A stretch of 57,320 nucleotides of DNA from contig RSEE01000170.1 in assembly GCA_003971905.1 (NCBI GenBank), positions 1-57,320 on the forward strand. Direction: 5' to 3'. The DNA comes from Moniliella sp. 'wahieum' (lineage: Eukaryota). Made by a program: the position numbers and the translations under genes. Within the stretch, counting starts at the first letter, position 1. Each line of letters opens with the position of its first letter. Positions 15,723-25,503 of this stretch are shown here, in pieces. The notes under the pieces are model-generated. The model ran no database searches. It worked only from the letters and a program-made list of their open reading frames with translations, and was not told the origin of the DNA.

Positions 15723-17035
15723 CGTGGTGGGAGGGGGCCGGAAGAGGGGGAGATGGCGATGGGGCGGATGGAGGCGGCGATGGCGTCGAGGGATGGGATG
15801 GAATGGGCAGAAGATTGTCGGTCTGCCCCCGGCGGTGCTGAGGCGCTCGCTGAGACGCATGGTTTGAGATAAAGCATGCAGATAATGCAAAGGGCGCTCC
15901 GCCCGAGGAAGTGTGGCGCCAATTCCGCCGGGCTGCCACGTGGCCGCTCTCCGTCAACGCTGCCCACGACATGGCCCATCGCCCGCGTCTGTTCGGAGCT
16001 CAGCGCCTCCTTCCCTTCGCCCGACTCGCCCCTCCAGGTTATCCATCGCCCCAATAGCTAGCTGGTCGCATGGGCTGCATACGCTGGGGTTGGTGTACCA
16101 AAAGGCATTCTGCCCACGGCATATTCCCCTTGTTCACTACGTTCACCACACCACCGCAGCTGGATTATTCACTTCGCTGCAATAATTACTGTCACCAACA
16201 AAGTGACTTGGTCACGTGCGATCTGGTATCTGACAGTGCGATCTTCTCGTAATCGGCTGTCCACCTCTCCTGCGCACAGGCCACACCGACGGCTCACGCA
16301 ATGACGCCATGCATTGCGACGCCCACAGACACTGCGAAGACATCCAGTGGGGCAGAGCTTGTCCAAGACCCATCGTCACGCGTTCATTAACGTTCGTCGA
16401 CGTCGTTCAGCGCCGTCACGGGCGTCACCCACCGCATTCGTCATCTGGTGGGTTGGGCGAGATGAGTGCAGCGAATGGATTCCATTCGAGGGATGCATGG
16501 GGCAGGCGGGCTGGGGCCCCCACAGCCCCAACGTCGAAAGTCGAAGCTTCAAGTCAAGCTTGGACGCCCAATCTAGCCGTCCGCCGTGTCGCGGCAATGG
16601 GCGAGGGCGGCACGAGGCCTGCGGAGACGAATGTTTGGTCGATGAGGCCGAGAGGGCGCTGACCGAAGGCACGGATTTTGGATGGATGAGGATGGGGCCG
16701 CTGGGCTGCGCTGGGGGGGCCACGTTGCGGCCGTAAGCGCAGCCAAACGCCGCCGCCACCCGATGGCGCATCCACCGACAGCGGAGCAAAACAGCCGACA
16801 ATGCAGCTGCTCAGCCACTCTCAGCTCCAGCTCACCACCGCCCACTGCGTCGCGCACGTGCCTCAGGCTGGAGGAGGGGGGGGTTAGGCTGCTCTGGGCT
16901 GCTGCCTGGGGGGTTAGCGGTTGGCACTCAGTGCCAGTGGGCTGCCTAGGGGTGGCCTGGACGTTATGCGTGTGGCTTATGTCCGAAGAGGGGTGTGCGT
17001 TCCCACGGCGTGTGCTCAACAGACGCGCACCCCCC

Positions 17036-17045
17036 ATATATATAG
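17036..17045 (+). promoter_or_regulatory. Probable TATA box of the MDR dehydrogenase gene
   Basis: CATATATATAG lies ~85 nt upstream of the ATG at 17127 and is followed by a pyrimidine-rich leader. Confidence 0.6.
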
Positions 17046-17126
17046 CCCAAGCCTCCTCGCTCCCCTTCTCCTCCCCACCCCATCAACACCCTTTTTCCCC
17101 GCATCTTCCACCTCCTCCACAGCACT

Positions 17127-18186
17127 ATGACATCCATCCCCACCACACGCACCGCCTGGGTGCTCCCACCGGCGGAGCAACGCACGGCTACCAAACATTG
17201 ACGCGCAAGGAGCTGCCGCTTCCCCCGCTCGGAGAGCAAGATGTGCTGGTTAAGGTGCATGCCACCAGTCTCAACTACCGCGACCTTATCATGGCCAACA
17301 ACAGCTATCCTGGCGGCAACAGAGCGAGCTGGTGCCCGTGTCGGATGGGGCAGGGCAGGTGGTGGCAGGGACCCAGGTGACCGCATGGAAGAGCGGGGAC
17401 AAGGTACTGGGGCTGTTTACACGGGACCATCTCAAGGGCAACTTTCCTACGCTCGAAGAGCGCGCGACAGGGGCCGGCGGTCAGATTGATGGGTGTTGGC
17501 TTCGCATGTCATCTACCCTGCGCATGGTCTCGTCGCCTTGCCCCCCACCTGTCGTACGAGGAAGGCGCTACACTGCCCTGTGCAGCTGTGACAGCATACA
17601 ATGCGCTGGTGGGCTTGCCGGGCTTTGAAGCCGTGCAGAGACGGTGTGATCGTAGAGGGCACCGGAGGCGTGAGTGTGTTTGCACTGCAATTGGCCATTG
17701 CTTCGGGCGCCAAGGTGGTTTTGACCAGTAGCAGCGATGCCAAGTTGGCCAAGGCACTCACGTTTGTTCCCGAGTATGCGCGGCACCGTGTGCATACCAT
17801 CAACTACACCAAGACTCCCGAGTGGGGCCCCGTGGCGGTGGAAAAGCTAGGGTCGCGCGCTAAGGTAGTGGTGGAAGGGGGGGAATAAGACGCTGGGAGA
17901 GGCCTACAAGGCCATTGCTCCCGGTGGTGTGATTTCCTCGATTGGCTTTGTCGCGGGCGCATCCGCATCGGTCAATGCGTCGCTGCTGTCCATCCACACC
18001 GCTTCCATCCTCCGGGGTATTCTGATCGGATCGCGCGAACTGTTTGAAAGGCTCAACAGTGTCCTGGAAGTCAACGAGATCCACCCTGTCATTGACAAGG
18101 TGTTTGAGTTTGATCAGGCTCGCGAGGCGTACGCTCATCTGGAGAGCCAGAAACACTTGGGCAAGGTGGTCATCCGTGTCGCTTAA
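17127..18186 (+). CDS. Medium-chain dehydrogenase/reductase (zinc-type alcohol dehydrogenase-like / quinone-reductase-like)
   Basis: Motifs DVLVKVHATSLNYRDL, PVSDGAGQVV, LSYEEGATLPCAAVTAYNAL, the NAD(P)-binding GTGGVSVFALQLA, and the C-terminal IHPVIDKVFEFDQAREAYAHLESQKHLGKVVIRV. Several 1-nt frameshifts. Confidence 0.88.
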
Positions 18187-18686
18187 GGCACCTGTGTGTG
18201 AGAACAATATATTCATTGCGAGCCCAATCTGTCGGGCCGCGGCCAGCAGCCCACCAAATGATGTAAAACGTGCGTACAACAGTTCTTACCTGGTCCTTTG
18301 GTCCATCAACGCATGTGGAGAAGCCAGCAGAAGCAGGCAAACTGATGTCGTAGCAGATACGTACGTGCTCTCACGTTCAGATGCCAGTACTTTAAAACTC
18401 TAAACTTCTGCATATACGTTTTTATCGAGTGATCGAAGTTATCCCTGCTTTCTCATATGTTCCTGTAACATGTAACCATGTAACCGGTAACTGGTAACCC
18501 CCGCCGTCGCGGCATCTCGCCAACGGCTCGGTCGAGATGAAACTCATTGCCGCGTTAGCGCTGATTAGCGGCCAATTCTCTTTCTCATTCCTTGTGTTCT
18601 GATGTTGTGGAGATGCAATATTTCCCGGGACAGACGCTGTGCGACGCTGGCATTAGGCCAGTGCTCTGGGCGCCCACCTGTGAGAC

Positions 18687-19145
18687 GGGAGCACAAGGGT
18701 CCAGGTCTCATTCTGAAGGAGGCACCAGGTGGCAGTCCTGCTCAGCCCTGCTCAGCCCCAGAATGACCAAGTAGGCGTGAACACACAGACACAGTTCTCT
18801 GTTTGAGGGAGGCACCAGGTCATAGTGCGGCTCGGGTATAGAATGACTAACTAGGCGGAAGCACACAGGTCCAGTCCTCGCTCCTCTGATGGAGGCGCCA
18901 GAGGGCAGCCCCGCTCGGTTGTACAATGACTAAGGACGCGTGAGCACAAGAGACTCTCTGTGGGAACCGCCAGAGCACAGACGAGCTCGGCAGTACTGAT
19001 CACTGCCAGAACGAGGGCACGAGGCTGCAGCGCCGCTCCGCTAAAGAATTACTAACTATAGCGGGGCAGCCAGGGTCCAGTTGTCTATTAGGCCGAGGGC
19101 ACGAGGCGGCAGTAAGGCTCGCCTATAGACTGGCTAACTGACAGG
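18687..19145. repeat. Degenerate ~80-bp tandem repeat, 5-6 units
   Basis: Recurring blocks GCACA.GGGTCCAGT, TGA.GGAGGCACCAG (18718, 18808, 18891), GCTCGG, and AGAATGACTAACT-like (18761, 18841, 18925, ~19045, ~19127). Confidence 0.8.
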
Positions 19146-19675
19146 GCCAGTGGTACCAGTGCAGTGTCAGATCGACCGCACGACACTGCAGTCCCGTTTG
19201 GCCAGACATTTATGCTCCATCCATCGCACCACTACTTTCTTTGCATCTCGTCCAACTGAGCGATCTGTGGGCGGCCGCTATGCGCCTCACTAGGAAACCA
19301 CCGGGCCCATGGCCCGGTCTGCTGAGGCTTCGCCCCAACCTGTTGGGCTGGGTCACCGTTGCCACCGTAGCCGCCGTTCCACTGGTCCACCGTTCCACGC
19401 TGGAACTCTTCCACGCTGGAGAGACAAAATAATATTACCAACGAGGAGACCACCGGGCCTACGGCCCGGTCAGCTCTTCGCCCAGCTCGGTGCTTGGCCG
19501 CCACCTTAGCCACCGTTCCCCCTAGAGATACGCGCTGGCTGGGTGGACTGGAACGTGGCACGCGTCAGCTGATGTAAAGGTGTACAGGGGCGTTTCCCAT
19601 TTCCCATTTTTTCACCCGGCTTCACGTAGTACGAAAGGTACTAGAGTACTGGTGGAGCTAGTGACTAGGGGCTAG

Positions 19676-19785
19676 TGAAGCTTGAAGCTTGAAGCTTGAA
19701 GCTTGAAGCTTGAAGCTTGAAGCTTGAAGCTTGAAGCTTGAAGCTTGAAGCTTGAAGCTTGAAGAGCTAGTGAAGCGAAGCTTGA
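19676..19785. repeat. (TGAAGCT)n heptamer microsatellite
   Basis: About 12 perfect tandem units containing AAGCTT. Shorter copies of the same motif occur at ~4720-4787, 28670-28705, 43762, 49030-49090, 49830-49870, 50359-50385 and 50865-50900. Confidence 0.97.
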
Positions 19786-20466
19786 AGAGATTATCGATTG
19801 GCATGAGATCTGAGATCTGAGAATCGCAGTAGGCGATCAGTCGATGGCGCCGCAGGCAGCAGGGTTGTACTGGTGCTCTCATGCGGCCCTGTGCGGCGCA
19901 GCACAGGGCCTGTGTAGTGTAAGGTGCATCCCAAAGCATCTAAATACGATGGGCGTGAGAAAAATGGTCTCGTCAGCCTGAGCAAACGAGCAGCTCATGT
20001 AACGCCGCAGGCGCAGACGGCGTACCGGAAGGCGGTACATGAGAGCACCGCGACGCCTTAAAAGCTCTGTCAATGATAGGGATGCAGTATAGAGAAAACT
20101 AGTAACTCCACTCCTCCTTTTAGTGGCATGGTTCGGTGTAATCGTAATCTAATGTCCTTTAATTGACCCAAGTTGCAGCACGGTGTTGAGCAACCGGGTG
20201 CCTCCTTTGTTTTGGCCAACGTCTCCAATCGCCAAGTGGCGCCACAGTAGGGTAAAGGCGCAGCCTAAGGGACCCTTCCTTAACATTCCTTCCAACATTC
20301 CTTCCTGGAGGGCAGGAGTATATTCTCTAGCCTCTACTTTAGCTCTCATGTGCAAATGTTTAGTATCACTAGTAGCAGTTATTAAGGGCGAGGCCAGCGC
20401 TTATTCATCCCACCTCCTGAACGCTTTCGGACCCCGCAAGTCTCGATATGGTTCCCATCAGACCCG

Positions 20467-21620
20467 ATGTGGATTTTTTATGACAGCCAGTGGCCTGGCG
20501 AGGCAACCAGACTGTATCCACAGGACCAGCAGGACGACATCCGTGCACACCTCGGCCATACGTTTGCTCACCTCCAAGCCGACTTCCAAGCCGCGGCCAG
20601 CCGCCTGTTGGCGAGCATGACGTGTCCGACACCCCATGTGGAGGGCCATGATCCGACTCCAAGATCAGGTCGCAGACGTCGGCGAAGCCGTAAGTGGGGT
20701 AAACGAAATGCAACATGAACTCCATGAAGCGCAAAACGGAAAGTTCTTCATGGGATCATGACGCGGACGGCCACATGTCGCAGGCCACTGCGAGCCAGGA
20801 TGAAGACGGAGAAAAGCGGACTCGAGATGCTGTTGGCCAAGTCCGCCCTATGCCTATATGCCTCCATTTTTCATCTTCAGATGATTAAGGCTGACCACAG
20901 CATCTTTTTCCGTTTAAAGGCATTTTGGTTTTGCAGCGCAAGTACATTAAACAGCTAGTCATGCGTTCCATGAAGGCTCCTTGGGAAACGTCTCATCTAG
21001 GTGCCTTGTGTGGTATGTACTATCTATCTTGAATCGCTCGAGACCCAGCTTTCTCTCTGACAAAAGGAAGAAAGGAAGGTTGGGTTGAGCAGGAATGGGC
21101 CAAAAGTCACGTTGCCATACCGAGGCCTCCTGGCACCGTTATCGATGCTGCAACTGATGATAAAGGGTGCCTGGGCAAAGAAGTACGGTCAAGAATAACG
21201 CTAGCCATAGCGGTCATCCGCTACGAGATCGTAACTAATGTGCGTATCTTCATTTGGCTCCTTTCCTCTTCACGGTACGTTCTGAACGCTTCTACCCGAA
21301 CCCACTTGCAGGTGGAGACCCACCACTGGGTAAGTAAGGCCCGCGGGCCCCCACGTTGGGTGTCGTCAGTGTCGCCTCATTTCACAAGAAGGTTGTCAAA
21401 CATACCTGGGAGACTATGGCCGCAACCTCAACGGCGTGGAGGGCAGGATCCTTCCGATGCGCATTCCCATCCTCCTTCATCTCTGTCTCGATTTGCTGAA
21501 TAGTAGTACAACCAGGTGGAGAAGCTGTCTAACGGACTTTGAAACCAGTGGGGCATTTCCCTGGATGTCATCCCTGAGACTCCGATGCAACTGTACCCGC
21601 TGAGCCTTGTCGCAGCGCCT
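20467..21620 (+). pseudogene. Possible decayed intron-containing gene of unknown family
   Basis: Protein-like fragments (IFYDSQWPGEATRLYPQDQQDDIRAHLGHTFAHLQADFQ; RITLAIAVIRYEIVTN; NQVEKLSNGL*NQWGISLDVIPETP) lie next to GTGCGT/GTAAGT donor-like and TTGCAG acceptor-like sites. No family recognised. Confidence 0.25.
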
Positions 21621-21689
21621 GTCATACTAACCCTTCGAACACATGTGGTGACCTGGCACGATATGCAATACCAGTCTATCCAAATACCA

Positions 21690-22203
21690 GATCTCCTTTT
21701 TTGTAGTCACGCACCAAGGGGGACGCTTCTTGTGGCGTTTTCTTTGGAACATGGTAAAGCAATGCTCGACAAGACAGGTGTCAAAGTCGTCGCCGCCGAG
21801 GTGGGTGTCACTGTGTGGCCAACACGCAGATTCTTTTGACCAACACCATGGTTGAGATCTGCTCGTGGGTGAACTTCTTGGTCTGGCTCGTGAACTCGGC
21901 TTCTCGTCCATGGGCCCGACGTCGACGTCAATCAGTTGGAAGGGCGACTGCTGCATGTCCGACTGGACCACCTCATCGCCGAATCCGCGAGCGGTGCCAA
22001 GCACTGTGTTGCGCAGGGTAATATCGATGGGGTGAGTGGCCTCATCCTCTTCACTGATGAGGCGCTGCCATTCGTCGATGGCGACAGCAGAGGGGGTGAT
22101 GAGGTTGCCCTGGTCGTTGGGAATGACTGTCGCCTGGTCGTTCTCCTAGACAGCCACGGCGAGAGGAGGACGTGCCAAGAGCGATGCCGATTGATTTGGT
22201 CAT
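21690..22203 (-). pseudogene. Hsp70 (SSA-type) pseudogene fragment with a large internal deletion
   Basis: MTKSIGIALGT, VIPNDQGNLITPS, FGDEVVQSDMQQSPFQLID and EISTMVL join almost directly to DTHLGGDDFDTCLVEH.FTMFQRKRHKK. The ATP-site Asp of GIDLGT is substituted, roughly 100 codons are missing and there is no C-terminal domain. Confidence 0.85.
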
Positions 22204-23037
22204 GGAAGGAGGGGGGGGCAGGAGGGGGAAGGGGGGGACCGAATAGTGAGGCCTGAGGGGGGGTTGCCCGTCTGTGTGGGAGTGACTACTAAGTGAGCGG
22301 CGGGACGCACCTGCTGGTAAAACGTTAAATTTTAACTGTTGATGGCTGCGTCCGAGCAGCGCAGCAGCGCAGTCGTGCTGCTGGACTCTGTTGCCGTAGT
22401 GACTGCGGGGGGTATAAAGTGAAACACCCCTGTTCGTCCCAGGGGCGCGGGATCTAAAGCATAGGCGGATGGAGAGCCCCTTGTGGGGGTGGCGAAAGAG
22501 TGTGTCTCGGGACACACTCAATAACAAGAGGGCAAGGCGATCGAGAAGGAACAGCGACCAGGCGAATGTACATTAGAAGTATGCATGTTTTCTTGGCAGT
22601 CAGGTCACGTAGTATTATCTTAAGTTGCACTCTCATCGAGGGCTTGCTCCCTGGTTGGCTTCGGCTGCCTGGAAGTTCCTTCCGTGATCGATTCCTTTTG
22701 CAACCCGTTTTTTTCTGGGTTTTTGGTGCACTGGTTAGACCTTGGGGGGCTGCTCGAGTCATCCTATAGTCACTGGTCCCCGAGTCATATGTGCGAGTTA
22801 AAACGTTAGTAGGCCTTAGGTCTTTGGTCTTATAATAGGCGTCGATTCGATAAGCCAGACCTGTGGTGAGTGACGTCTTGTGGCGGAGACACACTACCCC
22901 GCATCGGTGTCCGTATAAAGTGTACCTCTATAAGTATCTCGTCGGAGACATCAAATGGCACAACAACCTCTGCACTGAGAATCTCCATTCACACCACCGT
23001 CTTCACTCCGTTCCTATCCCCCGCGTTCCGCCCCCGA

Positions 23038-23461
23038 ATGCCCCCACCGCCGAATATGAATATGGAGATGAAACTGCCGGGCGAGGGGTACAGCCTGCAG
23101 GACATTGCCCCCGGCTTTCCCGTTCCGAACCGAAACATGCTCATCCACGGTCTCAATGGCCTCGGTGCGATGGCGGACCAATGCGAGTTTTTACTTGAGA
23201 CGAACACGTGCAATCCTATGGTCCGTCCCTTTCTTCCCAAGCGGGAGACGAGCAAGACGTGATGGCCCTCCAGTTTGAGGCCAGGAAGTTTGGGTATGCC
23301 GGATTTCCCAGGGCGAACGAAGCTCAAGTGATGGTGCATAGCAGGTCCAAATACGGACAGGTCGGTGGGTCACTCGACGTTCAGACATCAGAGGTTAAGT
23401 TGAGACGGCGGATGGTCAGTACGGATGGTGCCCGCGCTCCACCAAGTCTGAACGGATCTGA
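23038..23461 (+). CDS. Putative three-exon orphan protein, 103 aa
   Basis: TATA-like boxes at 22914 and 22929, ATG at 23038, phase-0 GT-AG introns at 23221-23273 and 23361-23419, and TGA at 23459-23461. Product is MPPPPNMNMEMKLPGEGYSLQDIAPGFPVP...NPM/FEARKFGYAGFPRANEAQVMVHSRSKYGQ/YGWCPRSTKSERI. Branch points are weak. Confidence 0.35.
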
Positions 23462-23959
23462 GATTTGTGAACGGTGCATTGTACTCCTGAATCAGCCTTT
23501 CAGAGAGCTGATGGGATTTTGGAGTCCAGGATTGAGGTCCCGCCACTAGCGCACTGTTCGAAGAACGTCGGGGCACTACCAATTCTGGACGGAGCTGAGA
23601 ATGAATGGTGGCGCATCGTGCCCCATGCAGTCCTCTTTCAGATGCGCCCTGGCGGTATGCAAGGCAGTGGACAGTGACTAGTGATGGAGATCGTGCGTGT
23701 GGCGCTGGACGAGTTGGTGGTGGTAGCCAGCTTAGCGTGATGGGCGGCGGCCGAGCCAATGTGACGGCGCAGGCGGCGCATGCATCGTGAAATTAAAGGG
23801 TTACACTTTTCAGCCAGCGGCGCTCGTATGCACTGGCCAGGCGACGATCCCAGTTGGTGTCGTACCATCACCACCACCATCCCAACTTGCCCGGCTTTGC
23901 CCGCCTCCCAAGGCCTGCTGCCTCGTTTAACCCCCCTTCTCAGCCTCCGTTCCCCCTCT

Positions 23960-25503
23960 CCATCTGTGTCTGTCCAGCCGCAGCCCACTATTATCCCGCG
24001 CCGCTTTCTCACGTCCACCAGCCTCCCCCCCGCTCCAGGACCGCGCGCCTCCTCCCCACGCACGCCCAGGCCATCACCGCGATTCGCTTCGCCATCACTG
24101 CCATCCGCTTGGCCACGCCGCGATTCATTCGGCCATCTCCACCGTCGGGTCGGCCAAGCGGAAACAGGCGATGGTACATGCCATTATGCATGCCTGCTGG
24201 CCCCAGTCTGGCGTCCTGGCCGTCCGTTACCACCCACCTCGCCTGCCGCCAGCACCGCCGCGCTTGATTTGGCCGTCTGGACACTTGTCTTGGGAGCTTG
24301 GGTTCCTCATCTCGAACGTCGTCTTGGCCATGTGCAACCTGGTCGCGCGCATCGGAAAGCATGCCATCCCATGCCATCCCATTCCATCCCATGCCATCCC
24401 TTTCCAGTCCACCCTTCCTCATTCTGACCCGCTCTTGCACCAGCCGCTTGCCCCTCACCACGTCGCTCTCCCCTAATTACCCCCATCTCAACGCTCGTCA
24501 CAGGCATGCTCAAGCTCGAGTTGTCCATGTGCAAGTACAACGTGGTGCTCTGTCAGACGGTCGCGTCCACGCTTGCGCTCGCCCGGTGGCAACTGTCGGT
24601 TCAACCTCGTGTCAGGCGTCTCTGTCCAAGCATGCGCCCGCCATGTCCAAGCATGCGCCCGCCATGTCCAAGCCTGTGCTTGTCATGTGCTTGTGCCCAC
24701 CGTTTTTAAGATTGTGCCCGCCATCAGCAAGCATTTGCCTGCCTCCATGCTTGCGCTCGCCATCCCAAGCCCGTGCTCGCCATCAAGCCTGTGCTTATCA
24801 TCCCCAAGCCTGCGCTTGCCATCTTTAAGACTGTCCTCGGCACCAAGCTTGTGCTCGCCATCAAGCCTGTGCTCGTCATCCCCCAGCCTGCGCTCTCCAT
24901 CCCCAAGCTTGGGCTCGCCCCCAAGCCTGTGCTCCCCATCTTCCACATCAAGCATGTATAGGAACATAGTAATGCATATCATCATTCAGCCTATCTCTCC
25001 GTCCACTCTAGTCTGTTGGGAACATGCATGAAGCATCTGAGCACCTGTCATAGATGTTGAAGCGGACAATGACTGTGGCGGTCGTGGGTCTTTGAGGCGA
25101 ACATAAGAACGACTGCCCCAGTTGGTCCAGGGCACCACGGCATGCACTTTGAGAAATGATCAACAGGCGTACTTCAGCAAGATCAACTGTGTTCAAACTA
25201 AACAACAGCATGACTATCGGATGGTATCAATGCGATGTTTAATACAATTGTCGATGCTGTGTGAGGAACAACTGTACATAGTTGTTGGGGCTTGTGAACT
25301 AGGAGTTTACCAGCACCTTGCATACATGTTTCGAGGCACCGTATCACGAACATTAGAGATGTTTGAGCTGGCAATCATATGGCGTTTGACAGCTCTTCTC
25401 CAACGGTTTAACACGAATCTTGTAGATGTTTGCAGGCTGTGAATGCCCGACTTTTGGCGAGATGTTCAAGAGAGTACTGTCACCAACTCTGGCGGTTCAT
25501 CAG
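23960..25503 (+). repeat. Dispersed degenerate repeat, copy A (similar-composition sequence continues to ~26300); direct copy at 55255-56481
   Basis: Collinear shared blocks include ATTCGGCCATC.CCACCGTCGGGTCGG, CAAGCATGTATAGGAACATAG.AATGCATA.CATCATTCAGCCTA, CCTGTCATAGATGTTGAAGCG and GTACTGTCACCAAC. Confidence 0.9.
24620..24950. repeat. 18-21-bp minisatellite (CCAAGCCTGTGCTCGCCATCC-like) inside repeat copy A
   Basis: More than 10 degenerate units. A shorter array of the same unit is in copy B at ~55843-55925. Confidence 0.85.

Noticed and set aside
18687..19145. Tandem array as a C2H2 zinc-finger array (period near 84 bp, one HTG word) or as twister/hammerhead ribozymes
   Set aside because: No Cys/His pattern, unit lengths are not multiples of 3 and stops are frequent. 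The CUGAUGA/GAAA and twister core motifs are not present.
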